In this document: positions 54,395 to 64,000 of the stretch, piece by piece
Numbering within the stretch: position 1 is the first letter of the stretch
How the letters are laid out: the number at the start of each line of letters is the position of its first letter
NCBI GenBank assembly: GCA_964016885.1
Contig: OZ024740.1
Span: 420,546,001-420,610,000 of the forward strand
Direction: 5' to 3'
Length of the DNA stretch: 64,000 nt
DNA from: Eledone cirrhosa
Taxonomy: Eukaryota
Position numbers and translations under genes: made by a program
Notes under the pieces: generated by a model
Seen by the model: only the letters and a program-made list of their open reading frames with translations
Told to the model about the DNA's origin: nothing
Databases searched by the model: none

Positions 54395-55218
54395 ATTATT
54401 ATTATTATAATTATTGTTCTTTGAGTCTCAGTCATTGATGTTATTTAACTGGAAAGTTTGTTGAAATGAATATCAAGCCGCTACCTGCAGCCTCAGATAT
54501 TCAGGACGTATTGGAGGGTTCTTGCTGTTCCCAGCAAGCATGCCTTTTGAAGTGTTCCAAAAAGTGGGGCTGGACTAATCTTCTTTAACCATCCTTGGAA
54601 ACTCTTTGAGACAGTATCTAGTGTGTCTATGACAATCGGGACGACCTTGATTTTCATGGCAGTTCCAAATCCTTTTTAACTCCCACTTTAAATCCTGGTA
54701 TCGGTTAATTTTCTCCCTCTTGTGTCAAATGGGCAGGCTACATCTACAATCAGGCACAATCTTTTTTCCTTGTCCAAAACCACCAGGGCAGGCCTATTGT
54801 GTTCTAATTTCTTGTCCGTCTGTATATCCTAAAATCCCATAGCACCTTCACCTGATCATCTTCTATCACCGACTCTGGCTTATGCTCATACCACTTCTCG
54901 GAATCTGGTAAATTGTTTACTTTGCATAGATGCCAGTGGCACACCCTGCCTATCACATCATGTCTCCATCCTTTATAGTGAGTCTGGGCTAGGTGTTTAC
55001 ACTCGGATACAATGTGAGCCACAGTCTCCTCTCTCTCTCCACAGATCCTACACTGTGAGCTAGCTTCCTCCTTGTCAATATGGTGTTTCACCCACTTCGT
55101 TCTGAGGGCTTGCACTTGCGCAGCCATTAGCATTCCTTCTGTAGCCTTTTTAAGGTCTCCTCTTTTTAACCAGTTCCATGTCTGTGGATCTCTAAATTCC
55201 GTTTTCTTAAAGAAGGTA
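54395..55218 (-). mobile_element. R4/Dong-like non-LTR retrotransposon 3' fragment (CCHC knuckle plus restriction-like endonuclease)
   Basis: CRICGEREETVAHIVSEC, RHD, LWDF, IVDVACPFD, ACLLGTART. The 3' end abuts (TAA)n. Confidence 0.85.
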
Positions 55219-55244
55219 TTATTATCATCACTATTATCATCACG

Positions 55245-55970
55245 ATTTGTGTTGGACGAAGCACATCTCTAAAATTGTCAAGAAGGCCGAGGGTGTCTTA
55301 GCATCACTCAGCAAGACCTTTGTCAGCCGCTCTCCAGCTATCTATTTAAAGCTGTACATAGCTATGGTGCGGCCACACTTAGAATTTGCACCACCAGTCT
55401 GGAACCCCTATCTTGCTCAGAACATAGACCACCTGGAAACTGTCCAGAGACGTGCAACCAAGCGAATACCCTCCATCAGGCATCTACCATACTCTGAACG
55501 CCTTGCTTCCCTGGGCATGGATATTGTAGCTCCGACGTCTGGCAACTGACTTGGTAAACACCCACAAGATTATTAACCATCTTTCCAACAACAACCCTGA
55601 GTACCTTTTTGATTTCCATGTGTCTAACACACGTGGGTATGCCCACAAAGTCAGAAAACAGCACAGCTCCCATGACTTTCGGAAACATTTTTTCACGTTC
55701 AGAGTTGTTGAAGCATGGAACAAACTACCTGCATCAGTTGTTAGCTGTCGAGACACTGCATCCTTTAAAACCTCCATGCTTCCTGAGATTCGCCAACACT
55801 ACACTTAATATTCCCCCTCCAAACACACGCACACATGTATATCATACACTATTCACTCCCCTGACATTTGTATATTATTCTATGTACTATACATGCACCT
55901 TTGATGAGTTGTAGTGCACCTGAGCACTGTACACAATAATTTCATTATTATTATTACTATTATTATTATT
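55245..55970 (+). mobile_element. 5'-truncated CR1/L2-like LINE
   Basis: LYIAMVRPHLEFAPPVWNPY...LETVQRRATK...YSERL, then FFTFRVVEAWNKLP. (TTA)n tail. Confidence 0.88.
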
Positions 55971-55974
55971 AAAG

Positions 55975-56098
55975 GTACTGGCAAACACTTCAGGACATAA
56001 TGTGGCCAAGATTCCAATATATACTTGAACTAAATATTCATAGTGTTAAAGAATGTGATCCCCAGAAACTTGGACAAATTGATATCCGGCCCCATTAT
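55975..56098 (+). CDS. VPS52: VPS52 exon 15
   Basis: Encodes YWQTLQDIMWPRFQYILELNIHSVKECDPQKLGQIDIRPHY. aaag/gtaagt boundaries. Confidence 0.95.
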
Positions 56099-56406
56099 GT
56101 AAGTTTTTTTCTTTTTCACTTTCAAGTTGCTTTTTTTATAATCAAGTTGAAAGATTAATCAAACTCGTTTATTTATCTATACAGAGTCTGCCAATAAAAT
56201 GTATACACACTTCAGGGAAAGGTATATATATATATATGTACAATTATTCAAAAGCACATTTCTTGCATCAAAACATCTCAACATGCAAATTCATCTTTTG
56301 TATATATATGAATAATAATGAAAATGATTGTGTACATTGCTCAGGTGCACTACAGCTCATCATATATATATATATACATATAATATATATATATATGTAT
56401 ATATAA

Positions 56407-58190
56407 TCATCATCATCATCATCATCATCAACGTTTAACGTCCGTGTTCCACGCTTGCATGGGTTTGGACGGGGGTAGTCCCACTTGAGGCAAGAGTGAT
56501 TGTCTTGCTCGCATAGGACTGTCTGGCAGGTTTTCTACAGTTGGATGCCCTTCCTAACACCAACCACATTTACAGTGTGGGTCTGGGAGGTTTTTACCGT
56601 GTTGCCTACACGGCCACATTACAGCGTGGACTGTGTGTTTTTTTGTCGTGACACCTACACGATCTCATTTGTTTCGGCCCGGATGGCGCGGCACCAACAT
56701 AACTTTACATAGGACGGGGTGGTGTGGATGGGGTGGGGGTGGTGGTGGTGGGACGGGGTGTATTTTGTTAGAGATGCCTACTGGCAAGGCGGGTCTTCTC
56801 TGTTACTGAGTACCGCCAAAGGTCTCGGTCCAGTGACATTGTCTTGGAGAGGTGTAAGTGTGTGAGGTCGGAGTTTATCAGCTCGTCCCAGGTTTTTCTA
56901 GGTCTGCCTATTCCGTGGCTACCGTCTATCTTTATTGCCCTGCACTTTGTAATACAGCTATCGACTTTCATGCGCATCACGTGTCCATACCAACGCAGCC
57001 TTCTCTCGAGTAAACAACATCTGATCCCTCTTATCTCTAATTTTTTCCTTAGTTCGTTTATGCTTTGCCGTTCACGTATATTACTGTTACACATCCAGCG
57101 GAGCATGCAAGCTTCGTTCCTCTCTAGTCTGCGTATATCCTCTGCACACAATGCCCAGGTCTCACTGCCATGCAACATTGCTGTTCGTATGCAGGCATCG
57201 TACAACCTGCCTTTCATTTTTAGGGAGAACCCTTTAGCAGCTAATAGTGGTATAAGCTCTCTGAACTTTTTCCAACCAGTTCTGACTCTAGCTACAGTAC
57301 TTTCAGAGCACCCTCCCCCACTGCTGATTTTATCGCCCAGGTAACGGAAGCTGTCCACTATTTCTATAGAACCCTCTGCGCAATTGAAAGAGCTAGTATT
57401 GTGTGGGCACTTGCTGCTACTTATTGCACCAGAACACCGGCCACATGTAAAATCTATGTTCTTAGTTAGCTTACCTGTGATCCCACTACATCTTTTATGC
57501 ACCCATACTTTGCATTTAGGACACAAAATGGAGTTTCTACCTACGCCTTTCCTACACACCGAGCACGACCATTTCCCAGAAGGGACCGCCGCCTTGTTTT
57601 CTTTCCTACAAACTAGAACTTTGGTCTTAGCCAGGTTAATTTTAAGTCCTTTTGACTCTAGGCCGTGCTTCCATGTTTGGAATTTCTTCTCTAGCTCGGC
57701 CATTGATTCCGCTATGAGTGTCAGGTCGTCTGCGTATAGGAGTTCCCATGGGCAGCCTGTCTTGAACTCCTCTGTTATAGCCTGAAGGGCAATAATAAAT
57801 AGTAGGGGGCTGAGAACAGAGCCCTGATGGACGCCAACTTTTACGCTAAACTCTTCACTATATTCGTTGTTAATTCTAACCTTGCTGACTGTTTCTTTAT
57901 ACATGGCTTGTATAGCCCTCACAAGCCATTCGTCAACGCCTAGTTTTCTAAGAGCCCACCAGATAATGGAGCGGGGGACTCTGTCGAAGGCTTTCTCCAA
58001 GTCGACAAAAGCTAAGTAGAGGGGTTTACCTTTAGCTAGGTACTTCTCCTGTAGTTGTCGTACTATGAAAAGAGCGTCTGTGGTACTTTTGCCTGACACA
58101 AACCCGAACTGCATTTCATCTAGGTCAATTCTCTCTCTGATTAGTTGCGCTATTACTTTTTCTGTGACCTTCATGACCTGGTCGATTAAT
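56407..58190 (-). mobile_element. 5'-truncated RTE-clade LINE with an intact RT reading frame
   Basis: QFGF, FVDLEKAFDRV, GVHQGSVLSP, YADD and FRYLG motifs, open to the stop at 56768. (GAT)n tail. Confidence 0.95.
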
Positions 58191-58217
58191 TTAATGATAT
58201 ATATATATATTATATAT

Positions 58218-60967
58218 AACCACCAGCAACCGACTACACTGGAAAATGGGCAACATAATAGCATCAATGAGCTATCTAATGATATAGAGGCACTTAGTGA
58301 TAATGCTAGTAACCAAAGTTCGGGAGGTACGCTAACTAATCGAACCCGCAGTTGCAATTGTAGGCGGAGTAGTAATTGTCCCCTAAGGGGGGATTGCCTC
58401 ATGAAAAACATTGTATATGCATGTGACGTAACCACACACAACTCTACCAAAACATATATAGGAGCAACGTCCAATACATTTAAAACTAGATTTAACGCGC
58501 ATATGTACACATTTAGACATGATAGACATAAGAATGCCACCTCACTGGCGGTATACATCTCCTTTTTAAAAAATAATAGTACCCCATACAAACTTTTTTG
58601 GAGGAAGCTTACTAGATCCACGCCATACCGACCGCAGAGCGGGAGTTGTGACCTGTGTTTACTGGAATGCCATGCCATAATACACTCTAAACTGAACCTG
58701 CTTAACAGGAAATCGGAAATTTTCTCCTCTTGCCAACACAAAATCCTGAGTTCCTTCTATTTTAAACCTAGCACATAGACGTAACATATATCACGCAACC
58801 CCACCTAGACTATAGCTCCCCCCTCTCCCCCCACCAACCCGTAACCCAGATAGATAGGTACCCTAAGGGTGGAACAGTCCCCTACAAGGTTGGTGTTTTT
58901 GCGTGTGTATGTGTGTGTGTGTGTGTGTGTATTCTTTTCTCTCTCACACACACACACACACAGACGTATGTATGTGTGTGTGCGTACGTGTGTGCATGCA
59001 TGCATGCATGTGTGCGTGCATTGTATACATGTATATATATATGTATATTGTATGCATGTGTATTATATTGTGTGTATGTGTATATGTGGTATGTATGCGT
59101 ATGTGTGTGTATGTGTATGTGTGTATGATGTGTGTATATATGTGTATATGTATGTATATTTTTTCTGTAGAAGTCTTCTCTATATGTGGTGTTTGGCATG
59201 AATTCCTCCTATAATACTCTTCTTTGAGAGGAGCACGATATATAGAGTAACACATATGTATTGTCGAAGTTGAAACTGAGAACCACCACCCCTCCTGCTG
59301 ACCCAAATGTTTACTGAGGACCAGAACACCATTCTCCGCAATATAAGAGAGGAATGCGCTTGCCGGACTATTGATGACCATAACATCACATTCCAAGGTA
59401 ATGGCAAAACACAGTGAATGCTATACACGACCAGAACACCACAACATGCACATCGGAGCAACACAGATATAATATCAATAGGCGAATCAATTGAATTTTT
59501 TGAGTTGAAATACATATAAATATGTGTCTGTGTGTATCGGACACACGTACACATAAAGAAACTGCTGACCTAAATGTACCTGTCATGCCTGTCTGAATTC
59601 CTAAGAGAATTTTCGGTCAGTTACTATCTTGACCAATTAACCCCACAATTACTACGTAGCGGTTCTTGCACGTGACTGCTGGACCCGGATGAAACGAAGA
59701 CGAAGAATTTCCTTGCGTACCGTTTTGTACCACAGATGCGATCTCACTCTGCCTCGTTAATGTTCTATCGACACCAAAGTTCTACGTTCGGGGCAATAAA
59801 ATTGAATCCAACTACCGACAACATAGTTGGATGACCGATAATCACACCTAACCTGGAGTACTGTGATCCTTGTGATGTCGAGATATACAACCACTGACAC
59901 TGTTACGAAGACCAGAAAACCATACTCCATAATATTGAACCAAGTGATTGATCTGTGCGACCAAAATAACACCACACACATATTGGGTCGGCAATGAACT
60001 AGGAATATTGGATCCCCCGTCAATGTCTGGGTGAGCAAAAATAGATTTCTATCTGCATTGGAATTTACGAACTTGTGTATCTGCTGTGGTGTCAAAAACA
60101 AACGCACATGACCGCACAGATAAACAATGGACTATGCCACGTGGCTTGAACCTGTAAGTGAATTGAAGGTTCTGTAACTCTGATATACAGATTATTTATT
60201 ATTAAGATGTATAAACTTGACATAACTATTATCATCTTATATTCTCTCAACTAATCACATTTGATCATATTTCTCTATCCCGTTTTCTTCCCCCATAATT
60301 ATAATATTTTTATTTGAAAAAAATCGGTTTTTTTACATTGTGTTTTCCCCTTCAAATATTCGCTTATATTTCTTTATATATTCTCTATATATATATTTTT
60401 TTAATATATATATTTTTTATCTTTTATATATTTTTTATCTTTATCCTTATTTTCACTTTTATCCTCCTTTATATTTTACCTTATTCTTACTTTTATACCT
60501 TATTATAGTGTAATCTTCCCCATGCCTTATTATACATTATTAATTATAGATTATTATTATTACTCTTTTTCCATTTCTAATTACCTCATGTACTTTCTCC
60601 TCCGCTATATATATATATATATATTGTATGCCCTTTGTGTTTGTGTAGCCTCTGCACACCCTCTGCACCATACTATTGACGCCACCCCATCTATGGTTCA
60701 GCTAACCACTCGACTCCCGGGAATGAATATGACCACAGCTAGTAAACAAGGACCCACACCCCACCCTCTCACACCAAAATTAGACTTATCGTCCCCTACT
60801 TTTGCTCTTTACTCTCTTTACTCTTTGTTCTTGAATGTTTGGTTGGTAGAGTCCATAACACCAATCAAACCCCTTTTATAGCTCTGACGAATCCTACGGT
60901 TACGTAAGGAAGAAACATTGTAAGCCAATAAAAATCTTTTGATGTTGTAGACGCTCTTGTGTTCTTT

Positions 60968-60969
<2 letters not shown>
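58218..60969 (+). mobile_element. 5'-truncated Penelope-like element (Naiad-like) with C-terminal GIY-YIG endonuclease
   Basis: CNCRRSSNCPLRGDC (CxCx5C), IVY...YIG, FKTRFNAH, CDLCLLE and LLNRKSE; stop at 58778. Flanked on both sides by (TA)n, with a terminal hammerhead motif. The 3' extent is inferred. Confidence 0.8.
60874..60933 (+). ncRNA. Minimal type I hammerhead ribozyme
   Basis: Helix I TTTTAT-a-GCT / AGC-ca-ATAAAA. Core CTGACGA (60884-60890). Helix II TCCTACG-gtta-CGTAAGGA. GAAAC-att-GTA with predicted cleavage after 60922. Confidence 0.8.
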
Positions 60970-61019
<50 letters not shown>

Positions 61020-61299
61020 ATAGAAAGGCTTCTACAGTGGTTACTCCGATTGAACCCGGGATAAACTTATATATATATATATTTATACAAGTTTTTTCTT
61101 TTCCTGAAGTGTGTATATCTTTGGTAGGCTCTGTATATAAATGACTAAAGTGACAATTCCAGAGTGATACGTTGAAACATTAAAGCAAGTATTGTGTTCA
61201 TGGACAAGATGTCTCAATTTATTTGCCATTGTCAACAAGCCAATATCTACATGGTCACTAGCACTCATCATGATAACATCTGCTTGTACAGCTAGCAAA

Positions 61300-61760
61300 G
61301 GTTGGACGGGTCTACATAGACCAAGTCCGTACTGAAGTGGGGCTACTGATCTCCCAGACAGGCCAAGGATCTTCCAGCTATGTGCTCTATCAGGTAACGT
61401 TACTCCAAAGACCCTTTGGAGGAACCCCATTCCGGCCGCTTGTATTTGCAATCATATTCTTTCAGTCATTACCCAAGATTCATAACCATAGGTAAGGGTT
61501 GGCATGAATACCAAACTGAAGACACCGAGTTTGACTTTTACACCTACCTCCCTTCTGATTACTGAATACTGAAGCTGGCACATTACTGCACCAGCTCTTG
61601 CAATTCTTGCACTTAATTCAGTCTTCTGCCTTCCATCGCTTGTGAACACAGCCCCCGAGATACTTGAACTTCTCCACCTGCTTCAGTGGAACTCCATTTA
61701 CATCTAGAGTACACTGTACAGGCTTCTTCGAGAGGACGAGTGTCTCAGTTTTCGCAGCAC
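61300..61760 (-). mobile_element. RTE/BovB-like LINE fragment
   Basis: FTSDGRQKTELSARIARAGAVM...PTLTYGYESWVMTERI...IQAAGMGFLQRV. Confidence 0.75.
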
Positions 61761-61813
61761 TTATTTACTTTTACTTTTACCATTATTTTATAATTTTACC
61801 ATTTTATTTCTAG

Positions 61814-62017
61814 ATCACACGTCGGTATGCTGAATTTTCAGCTGCCATCGTGGGCATCAACCAGTCATATCCCGATGAAAAGGTGCATCAGTTGTTAAGT
61901 CAGCTTCAAATTGAAGTCGAAAACTTTGTCCTGAAAATGGCAGCTGAATTTCCTCAACGTAAGGAGCAGCTTGTATTTCTCATCAATAACTATGACATGA
62001 TGCTCAATGTTATTATG
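61814..62017 (+). CDS. VPS52: VPS52 exon 16
   Basis: Encodes ITRRYAEFSAAIVGINQSYPDEKVHQLLSQLQIEVENFVLKMAAEFPQRKEQLVFLINNYDMMLNVIM. ttctag/gtaagt boundaries. Confidence 0.96.
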
Positions 62018-62634
62018 GTAAGTGTTCTAATAAAAACTAAAATATATAAAGGTTTCTTGACTTATGTAAGACAATTAAGCTGATAGATTGAACTTGCTAG
62101 AGTGTAAAAATGGACTTTAAACAATAATGATAATATCCATTCTAATATAAAAGAGTTTCAAATATATTCTGATATTTATGCCAAATACTGGAACTTGGTC
62201 AACTACTTACTTTTTGTGCTGGTCAGTGCTGTGACCTCTTGTGTCCTTGGACCCCATGCTGTTGTTTTTCTCTGTAAAATTGTGAAGAGTACCTGAGGAA
62301 GGAACCTCAAACGGTGGAATTGGCTAATACAACAGGTGTAGCTGACTGTTCTCTGTGATACTACCATTACCGTAGGATACACCTGAGATATACTACCTTA
62401 ATTAGAGTGTAGAGTCAGCCACTCCCTCCCCCTCCTTCCCCCTTACATCTCTTATTTAATTTTTGTTTCTTTTTTTTTTATTGCAACTATTTTATAATTT
62501 AATTGAAATTTGTTGAATAAATACTTTAATCAACCATAGTTAATTAATCAGTCATGTTTAATTAACCACTTATATTTAATTAACCAATCATATTTAATTA
62601 ACCACTCATTTAATTAACCACTCATTTAATTAAC

Positions 62635-62976
62635 CACATGGCTTAGTGGTTAGAGCATTGGCCTTGCAATCGAAAGGTTGTGAGTTCAATTCTCAGACTG
62701 GGTGATGTGTTGTTTCCTTGAGCAAGACACTTTATTTCACATTGCTCCAGTTTACTCAGCTGTAGAAATGAGATGATAGGGACTGGGGTCCATATCATTC
62801 CACTGCAAAGTGGTCGTGGAGGTGCCACGGCAAAAAAGCACCCAGCACTCACTGTAAATGAGGTTGGTGTTAGGAAGGGCATCCAGCTGTAGAAATCAAG
62901 CCAAAATCAGTTCCCGTCCCACCCTTGCAAGCAAGGAAAAAGTGGACATAAAATGGAATGATGATGATGATGATGA
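62635..62976 (+). mobile_element. SINE family A inserted in a short TATTTAATTAACCACTCA repeat array
   Basis: Near-identical to 41585-41916. The flanking 16-18 bp repeats continue on both sides (62540-62634 and 62977-63046). Confidence 0.8.
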
Positions 62977-63083
62977 CTCATATTTAATTAACCAATTATT
63001 TAATTAACCACTCATATTTAATTAACCCCTCATATTTAATTAACCAGTCAACCAAACAAGAATGTATTCCATATATTTGACAG

Positions 63084-63258
63084 GAACGTACAGAGGATTC
63101 AAAGGAATGTGAAAGTTTCCAAGAGTTACTCTCTGCTCGGACACAAGAGTTCATTGAAGAAGTTCTTGCACCTCATTTTGGTGGTATGATTAGTTTTGTA
63201 AAGGAATGTGAAGTGATCGTTGACAAAGGAAACCTTGATGCACTGAAGAATGAAGAAA
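63084..63258 (+). CDS. VPS52: VPS52 exon 17 (gene continues beyond the window)
   Basis: Encodes ERTEDSKECESFQELLSARTQEFIEEVLAPHFGGMISFVKECEVIVDKGNLDALKNEE. gacag/gttagt boundaries. Confidence 0.95.
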
Positions 63259-63329
63259 GTTAGTCACATCAACACTTAATATTTATTGAGATTTTTTTAG
63301 CCGTCTTGTTCATTATATATGTATATACA

Positions 63330-64000
63330 TAATAATGATAATAATGAAATTATTGTGTACAGTGCTCAAGTGCACTACAACTCATCAAAGGTGCATGTAT
63401 AGTACATAGAATAATATACAAATGTCAGGGAAGTGAACAGTGTATGAGTCATGATATACATGTGTGTGTGTGTATGGAGGAGGGATATTAGGTGTAGTGT
63501 TGGCAAATCTCGGGAAGCATGGAGGTTTTAAAGGATGCAGTGTCTCGACAGCTAACAACAGATGCAGGGAGTTTGTTCCATGGAGGTTTTAAAGGATGCA
63601 GTGTCACGACAGCTAATAACTGATACAGGGAGTTTGTTCCATGGAGGTTTTAAAGGATGCAGTGTCTCAACAGCTAACAACTGATGCAGGGAGTTTGTTC
63701 CATGGAGGTTTTAAAGGATGCAGTGTCTTGACAGCTAATAACTGATGCAAGGAGTTTGTTCCATGGAGGTTTTAAAGGATGCAGTGTCTCAACAGCTAAT
63801 AACTGATGCAGGGAGTTTGTTCCATGGAGGTTTTAAAGGATGCTGTGTCTCGACAGCTAACAACTGATGCAGGGGGTTTGTTCCATGGAGGTTTTAAAGG
63901 ATGCAGTGTCTCAACAGCTAATAACTGATACAGGGAGTTTGTTCCATGGAGGTTTTAAAGGATGCTGTGTCTCGACAGCTAACAACTGATGCAGGGGGTT
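63330..64000 (-). mobile_element. CR1/L2-like LINE 3' end followed by about 8 tandem 61-bp units
   Basis: Units start at 63518, 63579, 63640, 63701, 63762, 63823, 63884 and 63945, and run off the window. Confidence 0.88.

Noticed and set aside
56768-58741. 657-aa ORF as a single gene
   Set aside because: It is a chimera: the antisense of the Penelope endonuclease reads through a (TA)n tract into a 5'-truncated RTE RT. Only the part below ~58190 is genuine RT.
58869-59214. Cluster of Cys/Val/His-rich ORFs
   Set aside because: They are translations of a (TG/TA)n microsatellite.
59685-59735. SECIS-like hairpin (ATGA...stem-loop) in the Penelope 3' region
   Set aside because: The 3' side lacks the GA needed for the non-Watson-Crick quartet, and the visible ORF part has no in-frame TGA.

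Overview
This is animal genomic DNA: AT-rich, intron-rich and dense in repeats. The SINE/LINE families look like those of octopod cephalopods, but that taxon is an inference. The window holds a complete RPS18 (uS13) gene on the minus strand (5 exons, 152 aa, 1118-5441). It lies head-to-head with VPS52 on the plus strand, and only 50 bp separate the two ATGs. I traced 17 VPS52 coding exons in continuous frame from 5492 to 63258; the last exons lie beyond the window. The most striking feature is a ~20.6 kb satellite in VPS52 intron 7 whose 31-bp unit is the exon-7 3' end plus its GTAAGT donor, giving hundreds of copies of the real splice junction. Two smaller splice-site duplications occur at the RPS18 exon 4 donor and the VPS52 exon 10 acceptor. 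VPS52 has two minor-spliceosome (U12) introns, one of which needs unusual AT-AA termini. RPS18 intron 3 contains a candidate H/ACA snoRNA with a recognisable 18S rRNA target. The introns also carry RTE LINEs (with a PHD-type finger inside the RT), CR1-like and R4/Dong-like LINEs, a Naiad-like Penelope element ending in a minimal hammerhead ribozyme, tRNA-derived SINEs, MITEs and several minisatellites. A mariner relic sits downstream of RPS18. The 1300-aa ORFs at 36-40 kb are artefacts of a stop-free minisatellite. All coordinates were counted by hand.
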